Shown here piece after piece: positions 26,374 to 37,600 of a stretch of DNA of 37,759 bases; the first letter of the stretch is position 1; each line of letters opens with the position of its first letter. The notes under the pieces are model-generated. The model was not told where the DNA came from. It saw only the letters and a program-made list of their open reading frames with translations, and searched no databases. Origin of the DNA: Prochlorococcus sp. AG-455-E15 (lineage in GTDB: Bacteria; Cyanobacteriota; Cyanobacteriia; PCC-6307; Cyanobiaceae); assembly GCA_003212115.1 (NCBI GenBank), contig QCQS01000001.1, positions 1 to 37,759 of the forward strand, given 5' to 3'. Position numbers and translations under genes: made by a program.

Positions 26374-27336
26374 ATGAAGATTCTTTTAGTAGGAGCAACA
26401 GGGACACTTGGTAGACAAATAGCAAAGCAAGCTATAGAAGATGGACACGAAGTTAGATGCTTTGTAAGAAACCCAAGAAAAGCTTCCTTTCTTCAAGAGT
26501 GGGGTTGTGAACTAACAAAAGGTAATTTATTAAATTCTTCTGATATTGAATATGCATTGCAAGATATTGAAGTCGTTATTGATGCTGCTACCAGTAAACC
26601 AGATGATCCTAAAAGTATTTATGAAATAGATTGGGATGGAAAAGTTAACTTGTTCAATGCTTGTGAATCTTTTAATGTAAAAAGAGTAATATTCATTTCA
26701 ATTCTTCTAACAGAAAAATTTAGAAATGTTCCATTAATGGATATTAAATATTGTACTGAAAAACTACTTGAGAAATCTGATCTAGAATATACAATTTTCA
26801 AATGTGCAGCTTTTATGCAAGGAGTTATAGGTCAATTCGCTATCCCAATTTTAGATAGTCAAGCAGTATGGATGAGTGGAACTCCTACTAAAATCGCATA
26901 CATGAATACTCAAGACATGGCAAAAGTTATTGTCTCAGCAGTTAATAATCCAAAAACTCATAGAAAATCATTTCCATTGGTTGGCCCCAAAGCTTGGGAT
27001 TCAAATGAAGTCATATCCTTATGTGAAAAATTTAGCGAAAAGAAGGCTAAAATTTTTAGAGTTTCACCTTTTCTGATTAGTGTCACTCAAAAAGTAGTTT
27101 CTTTTTTCCAAGACTCTTTAAATGTTGCTGAAAGATTGGCTTTTGCCGAAGTAACTAGTAGTGGTGAATCATTAGATGCTGATATGAGTAAAACTTACGA
27201 AATATTGGAACTTAAAAAAGAAGATATGACCTCACTAGAGAGTTACATAAAGGAGTACTACCAACAAATACTTAAAAGATTAAGAGAAATGGAAGCAGAT
27301 CTAAATATTGAGGAAAAAAAGAGATTACCTTTTTAA
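26374..27336 (+). CDS. ycf39: Ycf39-like NAD(P)-binding (atypical SDR) protein
   Basis: GATGTLGRQI, DWDGKVNL and VPLMDIKYCTE motifs. Confidence 0.85.
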   Translation: MKILLVGATGTLGRQIAKQAIEDGHEVRCFVRNPRKASFLQEWGCELTKGNLLNSSDIEYALQDIEVVIDAATSKPDDPKSIYEIDWDGKVNLFNACESFNVKRVIFISILLTEKFRNVPLMDIKYCTEKLLEKSDLEYTIFKCAAFMQGVIGQFAIPILDSQAVWMSGTPTKIAYMNTQDMAKVIVSAVNNPKTHRKSFPLVGPKAWDSNEVISLCEKFSEKKAKIFRVSPFLISVTQKVVSFFQDSLNVAERLAFAEVTSSGESLDADMSKTYEILELKKEDMTSLESYIKEYYQQILKRLREMEADLNIEEKKRLPF

Positions 27337-27388
27337 TATTGCAATTTTAGACTTATATAGTATATTTGTACTATATATAAAATTGATT

Positions 27389-27601
27389 ATGTCTGTTTCT
27401 AAGTCTAAAAATCTTGAACGAAAACTAGATAATTTTGCAAAAGAAGCAAAAAATGAATTGAATAATGTTTGCGGATCACCATTATGGGAAAGCCTTGGGT
27501 TTGTTTTTTTTGATCAATTAGAAGATTCTGAAAAAATTGCGAAAGCGAATTTTTATTATGGTCAACTTCAAATAATTAATGAAATTAAATTTTCTATTTG
27601 A
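27389..27601 (+). CDS. Conserved hypothetical protein
   Basis: Likely ATG at 27389 (MSVSKSK...); ends ANFYYGQLQ. Confidence 0.7.
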   Translation: MSVSKSKNLERKLDNFAKEAKNELNNVCGSPLWESLGFVFFDQLEDSEKIAKANFYYGQLQIINEIKFSI

Positions 27602-27693
27602 ATTGAATTTCATATTTTTACGTATGTAATTTTTCTTAAATCAATTTTGGCCAATCTTTTTCTGATAATATGAACTTAGTAAAAGATTAATTA

Positions 27694-27960
27694 ATGATTG
27701 AAACTTCAGGTGTAATAGAAAAAGAACAGGGGAATGGATTTTATTTGGTTACATTAGAACAACCTGAAGGACATCAATGTTTATGTAGAGCTGCAGGTAA
27801 ATTGACTAAATTTAGAATTAAATTATTAGCTGGAGATAAAGTTTTAGTTGAGATAAGTCCTTATGATCTCTCAAGAGGGAGGATAACTTATAGGGAAAGG
27901 AATGCAGGTGGCGCTAGACCTACTACTAATAAAAATAACCCTAAGAGAAATAATAAATAA
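27694..27960 (+). CDS. infA: Translation initiation factor IF-1
   Basis: IKLLAGDKVLVEISPYDLSRGRITYR. Confidence 0.95.
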   Translation: MIETSGVIEKEQGNGFYLVTLEQPEGHQCLCRAAGKLTKFRIKLLAGDKVLVEISPYDLSRGRITYRERNAGGARPTTNKNNPKRNNK

Positions 27961-27969
27961 AAAGATACT

Positions 27970-29346
27970 TTAGATAATATTTTTTATCGCTTCTTTAAAC
28001 TCACTTCTTTGCTTAACACCTTGCCATTGTTTTTTTAATAATTTGTCTTTAAAAAGTTGAACTGTTGGTGTGCCGTTGATACCAGCTTGTTTTGCAATAT
28101 CTTGATCTTTATCAATATCTATTTCAACGCCAAGAACTGCACCATCAAGTTCTTTAATTACTCTTTTTAACTGAGGTTTCAAAACATGACATGGGCCGCA
28201 ACTTGGAGAACTGAAAATTACTATGATAGGTTTTTTACTCTCGTGATAAAGTTTCCTTAATGCGTAACTGCCTTTTTGCCATTCAGAATTTGAATCGAAA
28301 GTTTCTTCATTAACTTCTTCTTCATTAAAATCTGATGAATTAAGTTTTTTTTCTGGTTCGGGTGTTCCTCTGACTATAGTTTTTGCTAAGTTTTTCTCCG
28401 CTAGCCACCTTTCCGTAGCTAATGCAGCCATGCACCCAGTTCCTGCAGCGGTAACTCCTTGTCTCCACTCAGAATCGACAACGTCACCTGCTGCGAAGAT
28501 GCCTTCAATAGATGTTTCTGGCCTTCCTGATTTGCAAGCAATATATCCTTTATTATCTAAATCAATTTTGTTGCCTAAGAACTTCGTATTTGGTGTGTGA
28601 CCTATCGCGTAAAAAAGACCTTTTATATTGATTTCCCCTTTACCTTCTTGAGAATTAATAGTTTCTATTCTCTCAAGCCATTCAGAACCATCAGCCTTAT
28701 CAACTTTTGTGTTCCAATGAATTTCTATCTTTGGATTAGCTTTTACTCTATCTACCATTGCTGCGCTAGCCCTTAATTTCTCTGATCTAACAATTAAATG
28801 CACTTTGCTGCCATATTTTGTAAGGTACGCTGCTTCTTCACATGCAGAATCTCCTCCACCTATAACGGCTAGTTCTTCATCTCTGAATTGTGGAGTTGCT
28901 CCATCACAGATTGCACAAGCACTTATTCCTTTACTCCAGAATTTATCTTCATTTATCACACCTAATCTATTTGCACTAGCTCCAGTTGCAATAATAATTG
29001 AGTTAGTTTTTATAGTCCCTTCTAAAGTTTTTAATTCAAATGGGTGTGAATCAGTATTTATTGAGACAACATCACTTTCGTATAAATTAGTACCCCATCT
29101 TTCTGCTTGAGCCTTCATTAGATCCATCAATTCGGGACCTAGTACTCCATCTGGGAAACCCGGATAATTTTCGACAAATGTTGTAGTCATTAATTGCCCA
29201 CCAGGAATTCCACCAGAATTGAACCCTGTTACTAGCAATGGTTGAAGATTTGCTCTTGCTGCATAAATTGCAGCAGTATAACCTGCTGGTCCTGAACCTA
29301 TAATCACAACATTTTCTATGTTTGAATGGTTCTCTTTATTCTCCAT
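27970..29346 (-). CDS. trxB: Thioredoxin reductase with fused C-terminal thioredoxin (NTRC-like)
   Basis: GSGPAG, CAICDG and GGGDSA motifs plus a C-terminal CGPC domain. Confidence 0.93.
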   Translation of the reverse strand: MENKENHSNIENVVIIGSGPAGYTAAIYAARANLQPLLVTGFNSGGIPGGQLMTTTFVENYPGFPDGVLGPELMDLMKAQAERWGTNLYESDVVSINTDSHPFELKTLEGTIKTNSIIIATGASANRLGVINEDKFWSKGISACAICDGATPQFRDEELAVIGGGDSACEEAAYLTKYGSKVHLIVRSEKLRASAAMVDRVKANPKIEIHWNTKVDKADGSEWLERIETINSQEGKGEINIKGLFYAIGHTPNTKFLGNKIDLDNKGYIACKSGRPETSIEGIFAAGDVVDSEWRQGVTAAGTGCMAALATERWLAEKNLAKTIVRGTPEPEKKLNSSDFNEEEVNEETFDSNSEWQKGSYALRKLYHESKKPIIVIFSSPSCGPCHVLKPQLKRVIKELDGAVLGVEIDIDKDQDIAKQAGINGTPTVQLFKDKLLKKQWQGVKQRSEFKEAIKNII

Positions 29347-29425
29347 TTATTTGTTAATTTCACTACTAATAATAATAAACAAACCCAAATAATGTAGGGC
29401 GGGTTTTACTCGATGGATTTATAAT

Positions 29426-29650
29426 TTAATCGTTGATTTTTTGGTCTAATAAATTTTTTAATTCCTTTGGAAAGTTCAAAACAGAATCTTTTAAATTATC
29501 GTTCTTTTCTCCAATATGTAATATCCACTCTCTAAATTCTTCTGCGATTGCATAACTGTCTTCATATCTTTCTAGAGTATCCATTGCAGAAATTCTGTTG
29601 GTAGCCCAACAGGTTGCAATGTCGATCCGTTTTCTAATGAAATTGTCCAT
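29426..29650 (-). CDS. Conserved hypothetical protein
   Basis: 74-aa ORF (YAIAEEFREWI). Confidence 0.65.
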   Translation of the reverse strand: MDNFIRKRIDIATCWATNRISAMDTLERYEDSYAIAEEFREWILHIGEKNDNLKDSVLNFPKELKNLLDQKIND

Positions 29651-29804
29651 TGAAAATTAAAAGTTGTATATAGATAAACACATCAAATAGCTTATGTATT
29701 GTCTAATAAGTTACAACTTTGTACTTCCAAACAATAATTTAATCTTTAATTTATATTTGAACAGATTTTTGGGCTAATTATAAAGAAAATATAAAGAATC
29801 AGGG

Positions 29805-30383
29805 TTAAACTGCCTCGCTGTGATTTGCAAGTAGCCTTTCCACTTCCTCAAAACCCTCTTTAGCTGAATTTATTGCAAGTTCCTCGCTAACTTTTTCTTC
29901 TGATATTAATTTTGCAGAAATTTTCTTTAAAAGAGTTTCTTTTTTTTCTCTTAGTGAACTAACAATTTCTTCTTCAATGATAGATTTTATTGCTTTAGAA
30001 ATTATTTTTTTGTCATTTGCCTCCTCAAATGTGCCCTGGACTAATTCCTGAATAAATAATCGATGCACCTCACTACTTCTTAGAAAGCTTTCTGTGGCAT
30101 TAATAATTCCTTCAACAAGAGCTTCATCAGGTTCAGAATCATTTTCTGCCAGCTTAAATTCCCAATCTAAATGTCTTCTTTGCCAACCTGCCGAGTGGAG
30201 ACTAGGCATGACTGTCTGTGAATAAGTATCAACTGACATTTCATAAATTCTCTCTGCTAATTTCTCGCACCAGTCTTTACCATGTTTTTCTAGATTTTTC
30301 TGCATAGCTTGTCTTGGAACAGCATGACCACCATGATGACTGTGACATACTCCATCAGGACATTCGATTGCTTTTATACTCAT
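29805..30383 (-). CDS. Conserved cyanobacterial hypothetical protein with N-terminal CPDGVCHSHHGGH
   Basis: 192-aa ORF divergent from pntA. Confidence 0.75.
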   Translation of the reverse strand: MSIKAIECPDGVCHSHHGGHAVPRQAMQKNLEKHGKDWCEKLAERIYEMSVDTYSQTVMPSLHSAGWQRRHLDWEFKLAENDSEPDEALVEGIINATESFLRSSEVHRLFIQELVQGTFEEANDKKIISKAIKSIIEEEIVSSLREKKETLLKKISAKLISEEKVSEELAINSAKEGFEEVERLLANHSEAV

Positions 30384-30510
30384 TGAATTATTTAGTGCCT
30401 ATATATTCTAGATAGCTATTTTTTTTAGAAAAGAAAATATATTTTTAACAAAAATCCAAGACTTTTGACTTTCTTCAATTTATATTTAGTATGTTAAAAA
30501 AATAAATAAA

Positions 30511-31641
30511 TTGACAAAGATACTTATTCCTTCCGAAACAAGCTCTGGTGAAAGGAGAGTTTCAGCTACACCAGAAGCGGTAAAGAAATTAAAAAGCCTA
30601 GGATGCGATGTTTATATTGAAAGTTCAGCAGGAAAATTATCAGGATTTAGTGACTTATCATATGAAGAATCGGGTGGAACAATAATAAACAACGTAGATC
30701 AAAAAATTTGGGGTGAAGCTGACTTAATATTTTGTGTTCAAACTCCATCAGAGGATAATTTAACTAAGTTAAAGAAAGGTGCTGTTCTTCTTGGTCTTCT
30801 TAACCCATATGGTAATAAGGAGCTTCTTAGGATTATAAATAGTAATAAGATTTCAGCTTTATCACTAGAGTTGCTTCCGAGGATTAGTAGAGCTCAATCT
30901 TCTGATGTTCTTTCTTCACAGGCCAATATCGCTGGATATAAAGCAGTTCTCTTGGCTGCAAGTGAGTTAGATAGATATTTCCCAATGCTTATGACTGCAG
31001 CAGGGACAGTCCAACCTGCAAAAGTAGTGGTTCTTGGTGGAGGCGTTGCAGGATTACAGGCAGTTGCGACGGCGAAAAGACTTGGAGCAATAGTATTTGT
31101 ATCTGATATTAGACCTGCTGTTAAAGAACAAGTAGAGTCCCTCGGAGCAAGATTTATAGAACTTCCTGAGGTTGAAGAAAAGCCAGGAGAGGCGGGAGGT
31201 TATGCAAAAGCTGTAACACCCGAGTTCCTCTCAAAACAGAAGGCAATTTTAACTAAATATTTATCTGAAGCTGATGTTGCTATATGTACTGCACAAGTTC
31301 TTGGTAAAAAGGCCCCTGTTTTAATAGACTCACCCATAATTGAAAAAATGAGGCCTGGAGCAGTAATTATTGATTTAGCAGTTTCTCAGGGAGGGAACTG
31401 CGAAGGAACAAAATCAAATGAAACTATTATCAAAGATGGGGTAAAACTTATAGGAGCGAGCGAATTACCCTCTTCAGTTCCTTATGATGCAAGTTCACTT
31501 TATGCTAAGAACTTAACATCTTTGATTACACCTTTTATAAAAGATGGTGTAATTAAATTAGATAAAGAGGATGAACTCATTTCTGGATGTTTATTAAGCG
31601 ATGAAGGAGTTGTTCTTCAAAATAAAGTTTTTGAAAATTGA
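30511..31641 (+). CDS. pntA: NAD(P) transhydrogenase alpha subunit, domain I
   Basis: ERRVSATP, RISRAQS and GGGVAGL motifs. Confidence 0.95.
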   Translation: MTKILIPSETSSGERRVSATPEAVKKLKSLGCDVYIESSAGKLSGFSDLSYEESGGTIINNVDQKIWGEADLIFCVQTPSEDNLTKLKKGAVLLGLLNPYGNKELLRIINSNKISALSLELLPRISRAQSSDVLSSQANIAGYKAVLLAASELDRYFPMLMTAAGTVQPAKVVVLGGGVAGLQAVATAKRLGAIVFVSDIRPAVKEQVESLGARFIELPEVEEKPGEAGGYAKAVTPEFLSKQKAILTKYLSEADVAICTAQVLGKKAPVLIDSPIIEKMRPGAVIIDLAVSQGGNCEGTKSNETIIKDGVKLIGASELPSSVPYDASSLYAKNLTSLITPFIKDGVIKLDKEDELISGCLLSDEGVVLQNKVFEN

Positions 31642-31653
31642 GGTTTTAAAATT

Positions 31654-31947
31654 ATGTCTTTTATAAGTCTTCTTTGGGTTCTTTTACTAGGTAGTTTATT
31701 AGGTCTCGAGTTAATTGGAAAAGTTCCTCCTACTCTTCACACACCTCTAATGAGTGGAGCAAATGCAATTTCAGGAATAACAATGCTTGCAGCCTTGACT
31801 TTAATAGTAAAAGCAGAAGGTAACGTACCACTTTTAATTATTGGTTCAGTTGCTCTTGGATTTGCTCTTTTCAACGTTGTAGGCGGTTTCTTTGTAACTG
31901 ATCGAATGCTCGCGATGTTTAGTCGTAAACCATCAAATAAGAAGTAA
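31654..31947 (+). CDS. pntA: NAD(P) transhydrogenase alpha subunit, membrane part
   Basis: LHTPLMSGANAISG and GGFFVTDRML. Confidence 0.93.
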   Translation: MSFISLLWVLLLGSLLGLELIGKVPPTLHTPLMSGANAISGITMLAALTLIVKAEGNVPLLIIGSVALGFALFNVVGGFFVTDRMLAMFSRKPSNKK

Positions 31948-31955
31948 TTTTTAAC

Positions 31956-33395
31956 ATGAATCTACCTGAAATTATTAATTTCGTTATTGACCTTCTAGCT
32001 GTACTTTTACTGGCTTTAGGAATAAAAGGATTGTCAAAAGTAAAATCAGCAAGGGATGCTAATAGATTAGCTGCATTTGCAATGTTGCTATCAGTAGTAG
32101 GATTACTTTCTTATTATTTGGGCACTTCTGGAATTGCTATTGAGTCTTGGATTTGGATAATAATTGGATCAATCATAGGTAGTTTATTCGGAGCAATTCT
32201 TGCAAAAAAAGTACCTATGACCTCCATGCCAGAAACAGTGGCATTGTTCAATGGTTGTGGAGGAATGTCATCGCTTTTAGTGGCCTTAGGAGTAGCTATT
32301 TTTCCTATATCCGGTGGCCAAGAAAATTTTGATTTTTTCAAATCACTGATTAACGAAGTTTCAATATCTGTTTCTATATTTGTTGGTGCCATAACTTTCA
32401 CAGGTTCAATTGTGGCGATGGCAAAGTTACAGGGTTGGTTGTCAACTCCAGGATGGACTCAGAGCAAAGTTAGACATTTTGTAAATATTGTTTTTGCAGT
32501 TGCTTCCTTGATAGCCTTTTTTGATTTGACAAACGGCAATACAAGTTCTATTTGGCTTTTAGTTATAGTTTCTTCTTTATTAGGCATTGGAGTTACATTA
32601 CCAATTGGTGGAGCTGATATGCCAGTCGTTATATCTTTATTAAATAGCTATTCAGGGATTGCAGCAGCAGCAGCAGGTTTCGTTGTAGATAGTCAGCTTT
32701 TGATAGTAGCAGGCGCAATGGTTGGAGCAGCAGGCCTAATACTTACTCAAGTAATGTGCAAGGGTATGAATAGATCATTGGTCTCAGTTCTTTTTGGAGG
32801 ATCATTATCTGCACAAAGTACAGCATCTTCTGGTTCAGGAGAATATACAAATATAACTTCTTGCAGTGTTGAAGAATGTGCATTGACTTTAGAGGCAGCC
32901 AACAAGGTAATTATTGTTCCTGGTTATGGTTTAGCGGTAGCTCAAGCTCAACATACTTTAAGGGAAGTGACAAAAAAACTAGAGCAAAACGGTATTGAAG
33001 TTGTTTACGCAATTCATCCTGTAGCAGGGAGGATGCCTGGACATATGAATGTACTTTTAGCAGAAGCAGATGTTCCTTACGAACAACTTAAAGAGATGGA
33101 CGTTGTAAATCCTGATTTTCCAGCAACGGATGTTGTTTTAGTTTTAGGAGCAAATGATGTGGTTAATCCTCAAGCTAAAAATGATAGCTCTTCTCCTTTA
33201 TATGGCATGCCAGTACTTGATGTGCAGGAAGCAAGAACGGTATTTGTAATTAAACGTGGTATGAGTGCAGGTTACTCCGGAATAAAAAATGATTTATTTG
33301 ATTTGCCAAATACTTCAATGGTTTTTGGTGATGCAAAAAAGGTACTGAATGATTTGATTGGAGAATTAAAGGATCTTGGAGTTGGGGAGAAATAA
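31956..33395 (+). CDS. pntB: NAD(P) transhydrogenase beta subunit
   Basis: IGGADMPVV, HPVAGRMPGHMNV and GANDVVNP motifs. Confidence 0.96.
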   Translation: MNLPEIINFVIDLLAVLLLALGIKGLSKVKSARDANRLAAFAMLLSVVGLLSYYLGTSGIAIESWIWIIIGSIIGSLFGAILAKKVPMTSMPETVALFNGCGGMSSLLVALGVAIFPISGGQENFDFFKSLINEVSISVSIFVGAITFTGSIVAMAKLQGWLSTPGWTQSKVRHFVNIVFAVASLIAFFDLTNGNTSSIWLLVIVSSLLGIGVTLPIGGADMPVVISLLNSYSGIAAAAAGFVVDSQLLIVAGAMVGAAGLILTQVMCKGMNRSLVSVLFGGSLSAQSTASSGSGEYTNITSCSVEECALTLEAANKVIIVPGYGLAVAQAQHTLREVTKKLEQNGIEVVYAIHPVAGRMPGHMNVLLAEADVPYEQLKEMDVVNPDFPATDVVLVLGANDVVNPQAKNDSSSPLYGMPVLDVQEARTVFVIKRGMSAGYSGIKNDLFDLPNTSMVFGDAKKVLNDLIGELKDLGVGEK

Positions 33396-34461
33396 TAGTA
33401 TATCTCTTAGTTTTTCAGATTACGTAAAAAATCAGCCATTTCGAGAGGTTTTACCTTGGATAGGTGGCGACTTACAAACTTTGAGAGATACTTTTGTTAT
33501 TGATTTTGGTAAATCAAAAAAAAATAAAAAAATAATCTTTCCGATTAATAAAATTCTTTCTAAAAAATTTGAATATGATTATCTTCTAGGGTTTTTAGAA
33601 TTACCTGAAAACTTAGACTCACTTAAGGGTTTTGTAATCGTTACACATGGTTTAGGGGGCTCAACTAAACGGTTTGGTTTAAGAAGAATCTCAAGGAAAT
33701 TAGCAAATAATGGTTTTGGAGTTCTTAAATTAAATCTAAGAGGATCTGGATCTGCGAGATATTTAGCTAAAGGAAATTATTGTGCTAGATGCTCCAGTGA
33801 TGTTATTTCAGTAATTAATTATTTTAAAAAATTCATTAATTTAGAGTTTAAAGATCTCATTAAGATGAATAATCTTCCAATTTATGGAGTTGGATTATCT
33901 TTAGGCGGAACAATTCTTTTAAATGCCTGCTTAGATTACGATGAAAATAATGGAGAAAAACTTTTAGATGGCCTAGCCTGTGTGAGTAGCCCTTTAGATT
34001 TATCATCATGCAGTCTCTGTATTGAAAAATCTAGAAATCATATCTACCAAAAATGGTTACTTCATCGCTTAAAAAATCAGTTATGGGACGGATTTAATGA
34101 TGAAGGCAAAATTCTTAATAATGAGAAATTAAGAAAAAAAATTAGAGCTCTAAAAAGTATAAGGGAATTTGATCAGAAATTTACAGCTCCAAGTTGGGGA
34201 TTTGATTCTTTAGAAGATTATTATGTTAAAGCTTCCCCAATATTTAGAATCCAAAACTCAATAAAAAAATTACCTCAAATGCTTTTTATTCATGCTAAAG
34301 ATGATCCTTGGGTTCCATATGAGGATACTTTGAATTTAAGAGGAAAATTTATTGAGAAATTTACTATTCTTATAACTGAAAAAGGAGGTCATAATGGTTT
34401 TCACTCTATTAATGGCTGCTGGTCAGACGAAGTAGTAAAGAAATGGTTTATTAGTATCTAG
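33376..34461 (+). CDS. YheT-like alpha/beta hydrolase
   Basis: HGLGGS, GLSLGG, DDPWV and GGHNGF motifs. Confidence 0.88.
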   Translation: MELGRNNSISLSFSDYVKNQPFREVLPWIGGDLQTLRDTFVIDFGKSKKNKKIIFPINKILSKKFEYDYLLGFLELPENLDSLKGFVIVTHGLGGSTKRFGLRRISRKLANNGFGVLKLNLRGSGSARYLAKGNYCARCSSDVISVINYFKKFINLEFKDLIKMNNLPIYGVGLSLGGTILLNACLDYDENNGEKLLDGLACVSSPLDLSSCSLCIEKSRNHIYQKWLLHRLKNQLWDGFNDEGKILNNEKLRKKIRALKSIREFDQKFTAPSWGFDSLEDYYVKASPIFRIQNSIKKLPQMLFIHAKDDPWVPYEDTLNLRGKFIEKFTILITEKGGHNGFHSINGCWSDEVVKKWFISI

Positions 34462-34792
34462 GACTATTTAAAAATGGTGTTTTTTTAAAAATCCATTTTT
34501 CTATTGGCTTGTTGTTAATAATATGTGAGGTAAAAATTTCTGAAATTTTTTCTGGAGAAACTTTCTCGTACCAAATACCATCAGGCCAAACAAGAAGAAT
34601 TGGGCCGTTCTTACATATCCTTAAACAGTCAGCTTTTGATCTTAATATATGAATGTTTTTAGTACAGGGATCATTCTCAAATTTTTTTAAAGTCTTTTTA
34701 AGACATTCCCATGTTTTTTGACCTTCATTGCCTTTAAAGCATTTCTGTTTTGAGGGTGTTGCGCATAGTAGAAGATGCTTTTTAATAATCAC
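34451..34792 (-). CDS. Thioredoxin-like [2Fe-2S] ferredoxin
   Basis: HLLLC...KC and CLRICKNGP...WPDGIWY. Confidence 0.85.
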   Translation of the reverse strand: MIIKKHLLLCATPSKQKCFKGNEGQKTWECLKKTLKKFENDPCTKNIHILRSKADCLRICKNGPILLVWPDGIWYEKVSPEKISEIFTSHIINNKPIEKWIFKKTPFLNSPRY

Positions 34793-34794
34793 TT

Positions 34795-36024
34795 TTATCC
34801 AACACTTACGTATTTTTTCCCTTTTTTAATTTCTTGCTTAACAAAAAGTCTGGCCCACTTGTCTACTTCAAGAATATCCTCCAATTGGGGATTCAAATTC
34901 AAATTCTCCATATGTGATTCACAAGCTTTACTTATAAAAATTGGGATTTCTTGAAAAGAAATTTTTTCTTTAAGGAATTGTTCAACAGCCATTTCATTAG
35001 CAGCATTTAAGACTGCAGGCATAGTCCCAGAAGATTTTCCTGCGGCATAAGCTAGTCCCATGCATGGATATTTAAACTTGTCTGGCTCTCTAAAAGTTAA
35101 TTTTCCAATTTCACTTAGGTTTAATCTTTTCCAATTTGTTTTATATCTCTCAGGCCAACTCATCGCATATAAAATAGGTAGTTTCATATCTGGCCAACCT
35201 AATTGAGCTAATACTGATGAATCTTCCATCTCAATCATTGAATGAATAATACTTTGAGGGTGGATAACTATTTCGATATTTTCGTAAGAGGTCCCAAATA
35301 AATAATGAGCTTCTATAACTTCTAGTCCTTTATTCATAAGAGTTGCAGAATCTACAGTTATTTTTTTTCCCATATCCCAATTAGGATGTGAAGTCGCATC
35401 TTCCACTGTGACATGCTTTAAATCCTCAACGGGCCAATCTCTGAAAGCACCACCAGAAGCTGTTAAATGTATGGCTTTTAAACCTTTAGGCATCTCTCCT
35501 GTTGAAAAATCTGCATTTTCATAATTCGGTAATCCTTGTAAACATTGAAAGATAGCAGAGTGTTCTGAATCAGCGGGTAAAAGCCTACTATTATTTTTTT
35601 TTAATGCAGGAATAACAATTGGACCTGCCGCAATTAAAGTTTCTTTGTTAGCAAGTGCAATATTTTTCCCCGCATTAATTGCTGACATTGTTGGAATTAA
35701 GCCTGCACATCCTACTATTCCCGTAACCACAGTATCTGCCTTATCCCATGCTGCAACTGTGTTAATCCCCTCCTTTCCACCTAAGACCAAGGGAGCACTA
35801 TCTAAATCTAAGTTATTGATATTATCTTTTAAATCATCTATAAGATTTTCATCCTCAATCGCAACTACTTCTGGTTTATGGTTTTTAACTTGTTCGGTTA
35901 ATAAATTAATATTTCTTCCTGCCGATAGAGCTACGGCTTTAAACTTATTAGGCTGCTCACAAGCTATTTCGAGAGTTTGAGTCCCAATTGAACCAGTAGA
36001 ACCGAGCACAGTAATGTATTTCAA
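34795..36024 (-). CDS. dxr: 1-deoxy-D-xylulose 5-phosphate reductoisomerase
   Basis: GSTGSIG, LANKE, PADSEH and HPNWDMG motifs. Confidence 0.97.
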   Translation of the reverse strand: MKYITVLGSTGSIGTQTLEIACEQPNKFKAVALSAGRNINLLTEQVKNHKPEVVAIEDENLIDDLKDNINNLDLDSAPLVLGGKEGINTVAAWDKADTVVTGIVGCAGLIPTMSAINAGKNIALANKETLIAAGPIVIPALKKNNSRLLPADSEHSAIFQCLQGLPNYENADFSTGEMPKGLKAIHLTASGGAFRDWPVEDLKHVTVEDATSHPNWDMGKKITVDSATLMNKGLEVIEAHYLFGTSYENIEIVIHPQSIIHSMIEMEDSSVLAQLGWPDMKLPILYAMSWPERYKTNWKRLNLSEIGKLTFREPDKFKYPCMGLAYAAGKSSGTMPAVLNAANEMAVEQFLKEKISFQEIPIFISKACESHMENLNLNPQLEDILEVDKWARLFVKQEIKKGKKYVSVG

Positions 36025-36106
36025 TTTTCTCTGATATTTCTAATATCTTCCCATTTAAAGGTGTATTTAAAAAACAAAAATTTCAAATTGGTTTTTTTCT
36101 TAAAAT

Positions 36107-37576
36107 TTAGATCCTTATCCATGTTGTTATTTCCTTTGATTGATCAATAAGTTCAATACCTTTTTCTTTTAACAAATTCCTAATTTCATCGGACTTCGTA
36201 TAATCCTTGTCCTTTTTTGCTTTCAATCTTTCATTAATAAGCGTCGATATTTCTTCATCTGTTATTTTACTTTCTTTTACTAAAACCTCTTTTTTAAGAC
36301 CAAGTACCTCAGTCAACTTTTCAAGAGTTTTAAAATTCTCAAGTAGTAAGAATTTTTCATTTAGGTCTATTTTAAAACCTTCGACCCTTTGAAATTGGTT
36401 TAAAAAGTTTTTTAATGGTTTTGCTAAATCGTAAATAATTGCAATAGCACCTGCTGTATTAAGGTCATTTCCCAAAGCCTCAGAAAATTTAAGCTTTTTT
36501 TGAGATAATTCAAAGCTTATTTTCTCTTTATATTCTTCTTCGATATGTTCATTTTTATCAATAGATCTAAAAGTACCTTTTGTAAGGTCCATAAAAGAAA
36601 GGGCTACATTAATGTTTTTCCAAGCTTCTGAAGCACTCCTTAATGCTTCTTCAGTAAAATCAAGTGGTTTTCTATAATTCACAGTCATAACAAAATATCG
36701 CAAAGTCATAGGGCTTATACCTGACTTAATTAGCTCTCTGATAGTTTTAAAATTTTTAAGGGATTTACTCATCTTTTGTCCATTTACATTGACCATCCCA
36801 TTGTGTAACCAATAGTTCGCTAGCTTTTTGCCATTGGCTGCTTCTGATTGGGCGATTTCATTCTCATGATGTGGAAAAATCAAATCAGAACCACCTAAAT
36901 GGATGTCAATAGTATCTCCTAATTCATCTTTTACCATCGCCGAACATTCAATATGCCATCCTGGCCTACCTTTGCCCCATGGCGAATCAAAAAATGGTTC
37001 ATCATCTTTGGCTTTTTTCCATAGTGCAAAATCTTGCGGATTAAGCTTTTTACTATTTTCATCATTAGCCATTCTTCCTTGCTGATTGATATTTTGTTCT
37101 TTTATATTTTGATTACTTAGCTTTCCATAGTTTTTATTTTTAAAAACAGAATAATAAACATCTCCATCCCTAGAGTATGCATAACCTTTGTCCTCAAGGA
37201 TTGTTATAAATGAGCAGATATTGCATATATGATTCGTTGCTCTTGGCATACTATCGGGACGCATTATTCCTAAAGAATCCATATCTTTATGAAATTCAGT
37301 AATATTTTTCTCAGATACTTCCTTCATTGAACTGCTTTCTTCTTTAGCTCTTTTTAAGATCTTGTCATCAATATCTGTAAAATTTTGAACATACTTCACT
37401 TTGAAATCACTGTAAATTAAAAATCTTCTCAATACATCCCAAGCTATATAACTTCTGGCATGACCAAGATGACATAAATCATAAACAGTTACTCCACAAC
37501 AATAAATTTTTACTACATCATCAATAGGCTTAAAAACCTCAACTCTTTTGCTTAACGTATTAAAAAGTTTGATCAT
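36107..37576 (-). CDS. cysS: Cysteinyl-tRNA synthetase
   Basis: HLGH and KMSKS class I motifs; GWHIECS. Confidence 0.97.
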   Translation of the reverse strand: MIKLFNTLSKRVEVFKPIDDVVKIYCCGVTVYDLCHLGHARSYIAWDVLRRFLIYSDFKVKYVQNFTDIDDKILKRAKEESSSMKEVSEKNITEFHKDMDSLGIMRPDSMPRATNHICNICSFITILEDKGYAYSRDGDVYYSVFKNKNYGKLSNQNIKEQNINQQGRMANDENSKKLNPQDFALWKKAKDDEPFFDSPWGKGRPGWHIECSAMVKDELGDTIDIHLGGSDLIFPHHENEIAQSEAANGKKLANYWLHNGMVNVNGQKMSKSLKNFKTIRELIKSGISPMTLRYFVMTVNYRKPLDFTEEALRSASEAWKNINVALSFMDLTKGTFRSIDKNEHIEEEYKEKISFELSQKKLKFSEALGNDLNTAGAIAIIYDLAKPLKNFLNQFQRVEGFKIDLNEKFLLLENFKTLEKLTEVLGLKKEVLVKESKITDEEISTLINERLKAKKDKDYTKSDEIRNLLKEKGIELIDQSKEITTWIRI

Positions 37577-37600
37577 TTTAAATTAAGTATTTCATAAAAT

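Noticed and set aside
31654-31947. Split pntA as a frameshifted pseudogene
   Set aside because: A three-subunit transhydrogenase with a separate small alpha membrane part is a known normal arrangement, and this ORF has its own GAGG RBS
22206-37085. Short antisense ORFs within psbD, the cyclophilin, ilvH, the hydrolase, ycf39, trxB, pntB, dxr and cysS
   Set aside because: All lie opposite conserved housekeeping genes and show no motifs of their own
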